From: Candidatus Onthovivens merdipullorum
GTDB taxonomy: Bacteria > Bacillota_I > Bacilli_A > RFN20 > CAG-826
Direction of reading: 5' to 3'
Length of the DNA: 43,406 bases
Assembly: GCA_017694345.1 (NCBI GenBank)
Contig: JADIMY010000086.1
Span: 1 to 43,406 of the forward strand
Made by a program: the position numbers and the translations under genes. The notes beneath the pieces were generated by a model, which did not search any database, was not told where the DNA came from, and was given only the letters and a program-made list of their open reading frames with translations. Each line of letters starts with the position of its first letter. The first letter of the stretch is position 1. This document shows, piece after piece, positions 17,755 through 26,909 of the stretch.

Positions 17755-18672
17755 ATGAAAGAGATATATGATTTAATTATTATCGGAGCTGGACCAAGCG
17801 GAGTTAGTGCAGCAATTTATAGTAATAGAAGCGGATTAAAAACTTTAGTAATTGAAAAAAATGCGATTGGTGGTCAAGTTATTAATGCTTATGAAATTGA
17901 AAACTATCCAGGTTTTCCTAAAGTTCATGGCTTTGATTTAGCTTTAAGTTTTAGTGAACAATTAAAATATAACGAAATTAAAGTAGAATATGATGAAGTA
18001 ATTAGTGTTATCAAACAAGAAGATGATATTTTTAAAATTATTACAAAATCAAGTAGAGAATTTTATTCGAAATATGTTGTATTAGCTTTAGGAAGCAATC
18101 CTAAAAAGTTAGGAATTAATAAAGAAGATGAATTTATTGGTAAAGGTGTTTCTTATTGTGCAACCTGTGATGGTGCTTTTTATCGAAACAAAGATGTAGC
18201 CGTAATTGGCGGAGGAAATAGTGCAATTACTGAAGCGATCTATTTATCCGAGATTACAAATAAAGTTTATGTAATTGTTAGAAATAAACTTAGAGCGGAT
18301 AATGTTGAAATAAGTAGAATGAAAAATAGAAAAAATATTGAAGTTTTAGAGGGTTTTCAAATAAAAGAGCTCCTTGGAAATGAAGTTTTAAATGGGGTTT
18401 TACTAACTAATAATGATGGGTCAATGATTAGAAAATTGGATGTATCAGGTATATTTATTTATATTGGTCAATTACCTCCTACTAAATTTTTGTCTAATTT
18501 AAATATTTTGAATAAAGATGGTTATATTGAAGTTAATGAACACTATGAAACAAAAGTTAAAAATTTATACGCAATAGGTGATGTTATACCAAAACATTTA
18601 AGACAAATTGTTAACGCTGTAAGTGATGGAGCTTTAGTAATAGATAACATTAAAAACATAAATAATTTTTAA
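17755..18672 (+). CDS. trxB: Thioredoxin-disulfide reductase
   Basis: GAGPSG, ENYPG, CATCDG and GGGNSA motifs. Confidence 0.93.
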   Translation: MKEIYDLIIIGAGPSGVSAAIYSNRSGLKTLVIEKNAIGGQVINAYEIENYPGFPKVHGFDLALSFSEQLKYNEIKVEYDEVISVIKQEDDIFKIITKSSREFYSKYVVLALGSNPKKLGINKEDEFIGKGVSYCATCDGAFYRNKDVAVIGGGNSAITEAIYLSEITNKVYVIVRNKLRADNVEISRMKNRKNIEVLEGFQIKELLGNEVLNGVLLTNNDGSMIRKLDVSGIFIYIGQLPPTKFLSNLNILNKDGYIEVNEHYETKVKNLYAIGDVIPKHLRQIVNAVSDGALVIDNIKNINNF

Positions 18673-18715
18673 TAAAATTCAGTGAAAATATTTTTGTATT
18701 GTTGGCTTTATTTTA

Positions 18716-18744
18716 TTGTCAATAACCCTTATAAAAAGTAAAAT
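18716..18744 (+). promoter_or_regulatory. Sigma-A promoter of the hydrogenase operon
   Basis: TTGTCA-17 bp-TAAAAT. Confidence 0.55.
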
Positions 18745-18767
18745 ATAAGGGTACTGGAGATTTTAAT

Positions 18768-19250
18768 ATGTATCTAAGAAAAGAAGCCAAAGATATGATA
18801 AAGGAAATTTGTAATCGTTATAAAGACGAACCAAGTCCTTTAATGCTTATTTTAAGTGACACACAAAAAGAATATGGTTATATTCCTTTAGAAGTTCAAG
18901 AAATTATTAGTGAAGAAACTGGAATTCCAGTTAGCGAAATTTATGGTGTTGTAACTTTTTATTCATTTTTTAGTTTAGTTCCCAAAGGAAGGTATGTTAT
19001 CGGAGTTTGTATTGGAACGGCTTGCTATGTTAAAGGTGGACAGAATGTTTTAGATAAATTTGGAGAATTACTTCATATAAAGCAAGGTCAAACTACAGAA
19101 GATGGATTGTTTACTTTAGATGGACTTAGATGTATTGGAGCTTGTGGTATTGCTCCTGCTATTTCGATAAATGGCAAAGTTTATCCAAAAGTAAAATTAG
19201 CTGATATTCCTAAAATTATTAAAGAATACCGTGAAAAGGAGATTGAATAA
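18768..19250 (+). CDS. hydC: [FeFe]-hydrogenase subunit gamma (NuoE-like, 2Fe-2S)
   Basis: GVVTFY, C.GTAC and CIGAC..AP motifs. Confidence 0.88.
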   Translation: MYLRKEAKDMIKEICNRYKDEPSPLMLILSDTQKEYGYIPLEVQEIISEETGIPVSEIYGVVTFYSFFSLVPKGRYVIGVCIGTACYVKGGQNVLDKFGELLHIKQGQTTEDGLFTLDGLRCIGACGIAPAISINGKVYPKVKLADIPKIIKEYREKEIE

Positions 19251-21127
19251 TGAAAGTTAAATCTATCCAAACTCTAAATGATTTAAATAAAAAAATTAAA
19301 TCTTGTGAAGAATGCGTAACTAAAAAATTTAATGGAGAAGATGGCAAAAGACATATCGTAGTTTGTGGTGGAACTGGATGTTTAAGCAGTGATTCTCAAT
19401 TAATAATCGATAATTTTAATAATCTTATTAAAAAGCATAAACTAGAAGATAAAGTTACTTGTAATGTTGTCGGATGTTTTGGTTTTTGTTCTCAAGGTCC
19501 ATTTGTAAAAATTTATCCTGAAGATACTTTATATCACGCTGTTAAACCAAGTGACTGCGAAAAGATTTTTGAAAGCGATATTTTAAATAATAAAATTGTC
19601 GAGGAACTTTTATATGAAGATCCTAATACTCACGAAAAAATAAAAAGACAAGATGATATTAATTTTTATAAAAAACAACTACGCATTGTTTTAAATGGTT
19701 GTGGGCAAATAAATCCTGAAATTATTGATGAAGCCTTAGGATTTGGTGCCTTTAAAGGTTTAATCAAAGCTTTATCCATGAAACGCCAAGATGTAATTAA
19801 TGAAGTTTTAAATAGCGGACTTAGAGGTAGAGGTGGAGCTGGTTTCTCAACGGGCAAAAAGTGGCAGTTTGCATACAATCAAGATAACAATACAAAATAT
19901 GTAGTTTGTAATGGAGATGAAGGTGACCCAGGTGCATTCATGGATCGTTCTATATTAGAGGGCAATCCAGTTAGTGTTATTGAGGGAATGATGATTGCTG
20001 GTTATGCAATCGGTGCTGAGAATGGTTATTTTTATGTTCGAGCTGAATATCCAATTGCTGTTAAAAGGTTACAAATTGCTATTAAAGAATTAGAAGAACT
20101 TGGCTTATTAGGCAAAAACATTTTAAATAGCGGATTTAACTTTAATGTTCATATTCGTTTAGGTGCTGGAGCCTTTGTTTGTGGAGAAGAAACAGCCTTA
20201 CTTAATTCTATTGAGGGAAAAAGAGGTATGCCTCGTCCTAGACCTCCTTTCCCAGCTGTTAAGGGTTTATGGGGTAAACCAACAATCATTAATAATGTTG
20301 AAACATTAGCTAATGTACCTTATATTTTAAGAATCGGCGCTGAAAAATTTGCAAGTATTGGGACTGAAAAATCTAAAGGAACAAAAGTTTTTGCATTGGG
20401 TGGTAAAGTTAAAAATGTCGGTTTAGTTGAAGTTCCTATGGGAACTACATTAAGAGAATTAATTTATGATATCGGAGGAGGTATTCCTAATAATAAGCGT
20501 TTCCAAGCTATTCAAACAGGTGGTCCTAGTGGTGGATGTTTAACTTTAAGTGAACTCGATACTCCAATTGACTTCGATAATTTAATTGCAAAAGGATCAA
20601 TGATGGGAAGTGGTGGTGCAATTGTTATGGACGAAGATAATTGTATGGTTGATGTTGCTAAATTTTATCTAGAGTTTATTTGTGATGAAAGCTGTGGCAA
20701 ATGTAGTCAATGTCGTATAGGAACAAAGAGATTATTAGAAATTCTTACTAAAGTTACTGATGGAAGAGCAACATTAGAAGATATTGATAAACTTGAATCT
20801 TTAAGCGAATCAATTCAAGTTGGTAGCTTATGTGGCTTAGGACAAACAGCACCTAACCCAGTAATTTCTACTCTTACGAAATTTAGAGATGTTTATCTTA
20901 GACATGTCGTTGATAAAAAGTGTGATGCTGGTGTATGTAAAAATTTAATTAGTTTTCATATCGATCCTAATAAATGTAAGAAGTGTAGTTTGTGTGCTAG
21001 AAACTGTCCAGTTAACGCTATAAGTGGTGTAGTTGGTAAAGAAGTATTTAAGATTGATAATAATAAATGTATTAAATGTGGAACTTGTATTAGTGCTTGT
21101 AAATTTAATGCAATTTATAAAAAGTGA
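19250..21127 (+). CDS. hydB: [FeFe]-hydrogenase subunit beta (NuoF-like, FMN/NADH-binding)
   Basis: GRGGAGF, NGDEGDPGAFMDR, GAGAFVCGEET and ESCGKC..CR motifs; C-terminal 2x[4Fe-4S] ferredoxin. Confidence 0.92.
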   Translation: MKVKSIQTLNDLNKKIKSCEECVTKKFNGEDGKRHIVVCGGTGCLSSDSQLIIDNFNNLIKKHKLEDKVTCNVVGCFGFCSQGPFVKIYPEDTLYHAVKPSDCEKIFESDILNNKIVEELLYEDPNTHEKIKRQDDINFYKKQLRIVLNGCGQINPEIIDEALGFGAFKGLIKALSMKRQDVINEVLNSGLRGRGGAGFSTGKKWQFAYNQDNNTKYVVCNGDEGDPGAFMDRSILEGNPVSVIEGMMIAGYAIGAENGYFYVRAEYPIAVKRLQIAIKELEELGLLGKNILNSGFNFNVHIRLGAGAFVCGEETALLNSIEGKRGMPRPRPPFPAVKGLWGKPTIINNVETLANVPYILRIGAEKFASIGTEKSKGTKVFALGGKVKNVGLVEVPMGTTLRELIYDIGGGIPNNKRFQAIQTGGPSGGCLTLSELDTPIDFDNLIAKGSMMGSGGAIVMDEDNCMVDVAKFYLEFICDESCGKCSQCRIGTKRLLEILTKVTDGRATLEDIDKLESLSESIQVGSLCGLGQTAPNPVISTLTKFRDVYLRHVVDKKCDAGVCKNLISFHIDPNKCKKCSLCARNCPVNAISGVVGKEVFKIDNNKCIKCGTCISACKFNAIYKK

Positions 21128-21135
21128 GAAGATAT

Positions 21136-22917
21136 ATGGCAAAAATTCAGATTTTTATAGAAAATAAACCTTATGTGGTTGAAGAAGGACTAACAATACT
21201 TGAAGCTTGCAAAATTTGCGGGTTTAATATTCCAAATTTATGTAGTTATCGAAATGGTGAATGTAGTGTGGCAAGTTGTCGTGTCTGTTTAGTTCATGTC
21301 GATGGAGAAAGAAGACTTGTTCCGAGTTGTGCTTATCCTATTAGAGAAGGGATACACATTTCAATAAATGATCCAAAAGCTGTCATTGCTAGAAGAACTA
21401 GTGTTGAGCTACTTTTATCTAATCATTATTATAATTGCCAAGCTTGTAGAAAAAACGGACAATGTGAATTACTAGAAGTTGCTAAAAGAGTTGGTGCTCG
21501 TCCTGAAATGTATGTTGGAGAAAAAACTAAAACAACATATGATGATTTAGCACCTAGTTTAGTAAGAGACACATCAAAATGTGTTTTATGTGGTCGCTGT
21601 ATTGAAGCTTGTAAAAAGACCCAAGGTATTGGAATTTTAGGATTTGAAAATCGTGGATTTAATACTATCGTAGGACCAAGTGAAAATCGCTCTTTTGCTA
21701 ATGTTCCTTGCATTCAATGCGGACAATGTACATTAGTTTGTCCTACTGGAGCATTAATGGAACATAATGAAATAGATAAATTAGATAAAGCATTCCAAGA
21801 TGGAAAATATGTTATAGTTCAAACTGCTCCTGCGGTAAGGGCAGCAATTGGCGAAGAATTTGGTGAAAAAATTGGAACTAGAGTAACTGGCAAAATGGTT
21901 GCTGCATTACATCGTCTTGGATTTTATAGAGTTTTTGATACTAATTTTGCAGCTGATTTAACGATAACTGAAGAAGCTAATGAATTTATTCAAAGAATTA
22001 CATCACATCGACCAGGTCCAATGATTACAAGCTGTTCTCCAGGTTGGATTAATTATATTGAATATTATTACCCAGATTTATTACCACATTTATCAAGCTG
22101 CAAATCTCCTCATGAAATGATGGGAGCTATTATTAAATCTTACTTTGCAGAAAAGCATAATATAGATCGTTCACAAATTTGTGTAGTTTCAGTTATGCCT
22201 TGCACTGCTAAAAAATATGAAAAAGAAAGACCTGCAAACAGTGTAGATGGAATTAGTGATGTTGATGTTGTTTTAACTACTAGAGAATTTGCACAATTAA
22301 TTAAAAGAGCTGGTATCGTATGGAAAAAATTACCTGATGAAGAATTCGATGATGATTTAATAGGTGATTATAGTGGAGCTGGTGCAATTTTTGGTGTTAC
22401 TGGGGGAGTTATGGAAGCAGCTATAAGAACTGCTTATCATATTTTAACTAATGAAGAGCTTGAACCTATTGAATTCACTCCTTGTAGAGGTTTAGAAGGT
22501 ATTAAAGAAGCAAGTTTAAAAATTGGTGGACAAACTTATAATTTTGCGATGTGTAGTGGTATGAAAAATGCTAAAGTTATTTTAGAGCAAATTAAAAATA
22601 ACGAATGCAAATACGATTTTGTAGAAGTTATGGGTTGCCCAGGTGGATGTATTAATGGTGGTGGTCAACCATATGTTATTCCTTTATTTTTGCCTAATGA
22701 AGATGATGATATACAAGATACTTACATTAAGAAAAGAGCCGAAGCACTTTATGATGAAGACCGTGCAAGAAAAGTGCGTAGATCCCACTTGAATCCTGAC
22801 ATTATTAAATTATATAAAGATTATTTAGGAGAATATGGTTCACCTAAAGCCCATAAGTTACTACATACAACTTATAATTATCATCGTGAAAAATATCCTG
22901 ATTTAAATAAAGATTAA
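21136..22917 (+). CDS. hydA: [FeFe]-hydrogenase catalytic subunit (group A3-type)
   Basis: H-cluster motifs TSCSPGW, MPCTAKKYE and EVMGCPGGCINGGG; N-terminal 2Fe-2S, His-ligated and 2x4Fe-4S domains. Confidence 0.93.
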   Translation: MAKIQIFIENKPYVVEEGLTILEACKICGFNIPNLCSYRNGECSVASCRVCLVHVDGERRLVPSCAYPIREGIHISINDPKAVIARRTSVELLLSNHYYNCQACRKNGQCELLEVAKRVGARPEMYVGEKTKTTYDDLAPSLVRDTSKCVLCGRCIEACKKTQGIGILGFENRGFNTIVGPSENRSFANVPCIQCGQCTLVCPTGALMEHNEIDKLDKAFQDGKYVIVQTAPAVRAAIGEEFGEKIGTRVTGKMVAALHRLGFYRVFDTNFAADLTITEEANEFIQRITSHRPGPMITSCSPGWINYIEYYYPDLLPHLSSCKSPHEMMGAIIKSYFAEKHNIDRSQICVVSVMPCTAKKYEKERPANSVDGISDVDVVLTTREFAQLIKRAGIVWKKLPDEEFDDDLIGDYSGAGAIFGVTGGVMEAAIRTAYHILTNEELEPIEFTPCRGLEGIKEASLKIGGQTYNFAMCSGMKNAKVILEQIKNNECKYDFVEVMGCPGGCINGGGQPYVIPLFLPNEDDDIQDTYIKKRAEALYDEDRARKVRRSHLNPDIIKLYKDYLGEYGSPKAHKLLHTTYNYHREKYPDLNKD

Positions 22918-22969
22918 AAGAAGATTTTACTAATATAATGAAGTTACGATTTGAAAGTGAGGTGATTTA

Positions 22970-24595
22970 ATGTTTTTTACCAATAAATATAAAAAAGATC
23001 TGAAGGAAATTGAAGGGAAATATGAGTACCATCATTCTTTACTTAGTGGTGAAATTCAACAAAACATTTCTAAAATTGATTCTATATCTAGAACTAACCT
23101 TTTATATTGTGATATTCATACGAGTTATTTTAAGCGCTACAAAGAAATTAGAGATGATTATGATTCACTTGTTCATGATATCATTGAACAATTAAAAGAA
23201 TACCTTTATTCAAATCGCTTTAAAGAATTTAAAGCTTATAAAAAAGAAAATGCACAATTTATTAATAACTATTGTGATTTAACTGATAAGTTATCAAATG
23301 ATCTTCTCGATATATTAAAGCCTGAAGAAGAAGCTCGCCAAACAATTTTGGAATTAAAAGAAAATTTTCGAGAAGTAAAATCAACTTTTAATAATAAAGA
23401 AATGGAATTAAGTTATTTATCTAATTCTTTTCAATCTGTATTTGATAAAATTGAAGCGAATTTTGATAAATACGAAAGTCTTTTAGAAAGTGCATCATAT
23501 GACGATGCTAAAGAAATTGTCACGGAAATTGAAAAAGTCTTGCCAGCACTTATTAAAATTATCAATAAGACCCCAGAATATCTAAATGAAGTTTTAAACA
23601 TATTGCCTAATGAAATTGATGATATTACTAAGCAATATAAGGAATTAATTTTGAAAGGATTATCTCTTAAAACTTTCGATATCGAAGGAGCTTTAAGCGA
23701 GATTAAAAGTGAGATAGAAGATGTTAAAAACTCTTTAAGATCTTTAAGTATTAATAAAGTAGAAAGAAAGATTGTTAATATTCATAATGAACTAGATGAT
23801 ATTAAGTCAAAATTCGTCGAAGAAGAAGAATCAAAAAATAAATTTGAACAAAACATTAATTCTGTTTCATCAAATTTTTTAAATTTAGAAAAAGAATATG
23901 TAAAAATTTCATCCCAAATCGAAAAAATCGAAAAAATATATATCGTAGATGATGTTCATAAAAATGAATACTTATCAATAAAATCTAAGCTTGATGAAGT
24001 CAGCAAAGATAAAAGAAAGCTCGAAACTTATGTTAATTCTATTGAAACTACACCATATAAAATTTTGTATGGAAAAATGAGTGATCTTTCAAATGGTACT
24101 AAAGATTTAGAAACAAAAATTAATAGTTTTAATGCATATATCCATAGTTTAAAAAATGATGCTGAAAAAGTATATAGCCTTATTAACGGTTTATATTTAA
24201 AAATAAAAAAATATGAGAGTTTTATTCGTGATTTTAATAATGACGATTTTTATAATAAATTTAAAAATAAATTTACCTCAGTATACAAAACAATGGACGA
24301 TATTAGTGCTATCATTAATAAAACTCCTATTGATGTAAGCAAGATTAACCTATTAAGCAATGATTTAACTACAAATTCTAATCTTCTATTTAAAGAAATT
24401 GATGAACTTTTACATTATAAAGAGTTAGCAACTGAAACGATTCTTGAAGGAAATTTAAATAGAACAAAATTTGCTGATGTCAATGCATTACTAGAACAGG
24501 CTGAAAGTTTTTATGATGATTTTGAATTTAAAAAAGCCTATGAGACATCCTTTAACGCTATTGAAAAAATAAATCATCGAAATGGGCTAAATTAA
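22970..24595 (+). CDS. ezrA: Septation ring formation regulator EzrA-like protein
   Basis: All-helical, about 540 aa; C-terminal GN..R...AE..Y..F.F..A pattern; ezrA-iscS-thiI synteny. Confidence 0.72.
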   Translation: MFFTNKYKKDLKEIEGKYEYHHSLLSGEIQQNISKIDSISRTNLLYCDIHTSYFKRYKEIRDDYDSLVHDIIEQLKEYLYSNRFKEFKAYKKENAQFINNYCDLTDKLSNDLLDILKPEEEARQTILELKENFREVKSTFNNKEMELSYLSNSFQSVFDKIEANFDKYESLLESASYDDAKEIVTEIEKVLPALIKIINKTPEYLNEVLNILPNEIDDITKQYKELILKGLSLKTFDIEGALSEIKSEIEDVKNSLRSLSINKVERKIVNIHNELDDIKSKFVEEEESKNKFEQNINSVSSNFLNLEKEYVKISSQIEKIEKIYIVDDVHKNEYLSIKSKLDEVSKDKRKLETYVNSIETTPYKILYGKMSDLSNGTKDLETKINSFNAYIHSLKNDAEKVYSLINGLYLKIKKYESFIRDFNNDDFYNKFKNKFTSVYKTMDDISAIINKTPIDVSKINLLSNDLTTNSNLLFKEIDELLHYKELATETILEGNLNRTKFADVNALLEQAESFYDDFEFKKAYETSFNAIEKINHRNGLN

Positions 24596-24598
24596 ATT

Positions 24599-25732
24599 AT
24601 GATTTATTTTGATAATGCTGCTACGACGCCTGTCGATAAAGATGTTTTAGAATGCTATAACAAGAATGTTTTTCGCTATTTTGCTAATCCTAGTTCGATT
24701 CATTATTTAGGAATAGAAGCTTTTAATGTTATTGAAAAAACAAAAACTGACATTTTAAAAAAATTAAAATTAGATCCAAATTTATATCAAATTATTTTTA
24801 CAAGCAGTGCAACTGAAAGTAATAACCTTGCAATTCTAGGCTATTCTTTAAGAAATCATAATAGAGGCAACACAATTGTTACTACTAAAATTGAGCATGC
24901 CAGCGTTTTAGAAGTCTTTAAAATTTTAGAAGAAAAATATAAATTTAATGTTAGATATCTTAATGTTGATGAAAATGGTAAGTTTATAGACGAGGAAATT
25001 AATGAGTATATAAATGATGATACAATATTGGTCTCTTTATCTAGAGTTAATAACGAACTTGGTCTTATTTTAGATTCACAAAAAATAAAAAAAAGAGTTG
25101 ATGAATTTCCTAAGTGTGTTCTGCACTTAGATTTAGCTCAAACAATTGGTAAAGCTGAATTAAATTTTGATTTTGGAGATTTAGCTACCATCTCATCTCA
25201 TAAAATACATGGTTTAAAAAGTATTGCCTGTTTAATTAAGAAAAAGAAAATTAATTTAGAGCCATTATTATATGGTGGTGGACAAGAATATGGCTTAAGA
25301 AGCTCAACAATGGACACTGCTTTAATTTTGTCTTTCAAGTTAGCAATTGATAAAATCATTGATAATTTTAGTAAAAACACTCTAAAAGTCCAATATTTTT
25401 TTGATTTTTTAAAATGTGAATTGTTAAAAATAGATGAAATAATTCTTCATACTTATAAAAATCAGTCGCCGTATATTTTAAATTTTTCTTTAAAAACAAA
25501 AAAAGCCAGTGTTGTTGTCGAAGCCTTGTCTAATTTAGAAATATATGTTAGTAGCGTCAGTGCCTGTTCTAGTAAGCGTGAAGAACCTTCTCATGTTTTA
25601 TTAGGACTAAATAAATCGTTAGATGAAGCAAAAAATTCTATCCGTTTATCTTTTTCGCATTTAAATACAATTGATGAAGCTAGGATTTTTGTTACAAAAT
25701 TAAAAGAAATAATAGCTAAGATAAGGAGTTAA
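24599..25732 (+). CDS. iscS: Cysteine desulfurase (IscS/NifZ-type)
   Basis: YFDNAATT, NPSS.H, ATESNN, EH.SV, SSHK.HG and SACSS motifs. Confidence 0.9.
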   Translation: MIYFDNAATTPVDKDVLECYNKNVFRYFANPSSIHYLGIEAFNVIEKTKTDILKKLKLDPNLYQIIFTSSATESNNLAILGYSLRNHNRGNTIVTTKIEHASVLEVFKILEEKYKFNVRYLNVDENGKFIDEEINEYINDDTILVSLSRVNNELGLILDSQKIKKRVDEFPKCVLHLDLAQTIGKAELNFDFGDLATISSHKIHGLKSIACLIKKKKINLEPLLYGGGQEYGLRSSTMDTALILSFKLAIDKIIDNFSKNTLKVQYFFDFLKCELLKIDEIILHTYKNQSPYILNFSLKTKKASVVVEALSNLEIYVSSVSACSSKREEPSHVLLGLNKSLDEAKNSIRLSFSHLNTIDEARIFVTKLKEIIAKIRS

Positions 25733-25736
25733 TCTT

Positions 25737-26909
25737 ATGGAATACAATGTCATAATAATTAGATTTGGAGAAATGTCTACAAAAGGAAAAAATCGTAAAG
25801 ATTTTATTTTTAAGCTTGCTAAATCTATTAAAAGGAATCTACTTGGATTTAATAAAATTTATACGATGGATGTTAGACACGATCACATCTATTTATACAT
25901 TAATAATATAGAAGAGTTTGATTACACTCCTTTAACCAACATAAGTGGTATAAATAGTTTTTCTCTTGCTAAAAAAGTTGAAGTATTCGAACTTGAAGAT
26001 TTAGTTAATTATGGATTTGATTTTATTAAAGAAGAAAATGGGAATACCTTCAAAGTCCATGCTCGTAGAATTGATAAATCGTTTCCTTATAGTAGCGATG
26101 AAATAAATAGAGCTATTGCTTCAAAAGTCTTAAAAAACACTACTCTAAAAGTTGATGTGCACAATCCAGATATTCTTTTATCAATTGAAATTAGAAGTGA
26201 TGGAGCTTACTTTTTTACTAAAACAATTAAGGGAATTGGGGGTTATCCAATTGGTAGTACTGGAAGAATTTTAATGATGCTTAGCGGAGGAATTGATTCT
26301 CCAGTCGCAACTTATTTATTAATGAAAAGAGGAGTTGAAGTTTCTTGTGTTCATTTTTCAAGTCCACCTTATACCAGCCAAGGAGTAATTATTAAATTAA
26401 AAGATATCCTAGAAAAATTAAATCTATATCAAGAAAAAATTAATTTATACATTGTACCTTTTACTAAAATACAAGAAAAAATATATGAAATTAGTCCTGA
26501 AGGCTATCCAATAACTATAATGCGTAGAATGATGTATCGACTTGCTTCAAAATTAGCTAATAAACTTCATATTGTTGCTTTAGCAGCTGGAGAATCTATA
26601 GGTCAAGTAGCAAGTCAGACTCTAGAAAGCTTAAGGGCTATTAACGAAGTAACTAATCTTCCTATAATTAGACCTTTGTCGACTTATGATAAAATCCAAA
26701 TTATTGATATATCTAAAAAAATTGAAACTTATGACATTTCAATTAGACCATATGAAGATTGTTGCACGATTTTTACTAATAAAAATCCTAAAACAAAACC
26801 TCATCTTGAGGAGTGCCGCAAAATCGAAGAGAAATTCGATTTTGAACCACTTTTAGATGAGGCTATTGAAAATATTAATAAAGTTGTGATAGAACAAGAA
26901 ACTAATTAG
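25737..26909 (+). CDS. thiI: tRNA 4-thiouridine synthase
   Basis: E..TKG.NR, THUMP domain, SGGIDS, GESIGQVASQT and EDCC motifs. Confidence 0.93.
   Translation: MEYNVIIIRFGEMSTKGKNRKDFIFKLAKSIKRNLLGFNKIYTMDVRHDHIYLYINNIEEFDYTPLTNISGINSFSLAKKVEVFELEDLVNYGFDFIKEENGNTFKVHARRIDKSFPYSSDEINRAIASKVLKNTTLKVDVHNPDILLSIEIRSDGAYFFTKTIKGIGGYPIGSTGRILMMLSGGIDSPVATYLLMKRGVEVSCVHFSSPPYTSQGVIIKLKDILEKLNLYQEKINLYIVPFTKIQEKIYEISPEGYPITIMRRMMYRLASKLANKLHIVALAAGESIGQVASQTLESLRAINEVTNLPIIRPLSTYDKIQIIDISKKIETYDISIRPYEDCCTIFTNKNPKTKPHLEECRKIEEKFDFEPLLDEAIENINKVVIEQETN

Noticed and set aside
21838-21840. AGG-to-Met recoding, as reported in some uncultured Bacilli
   Set aside because: AGG encodes the conserved Arg of HydA PAVR, and ATG occupies conserved Met sites
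22027-22047. HydA P1 motif TSCSPGW instead of TSCCPGW
   Set aside because: To my knowledge a common variant in clostridial multimeric hydrogenases, so not novel
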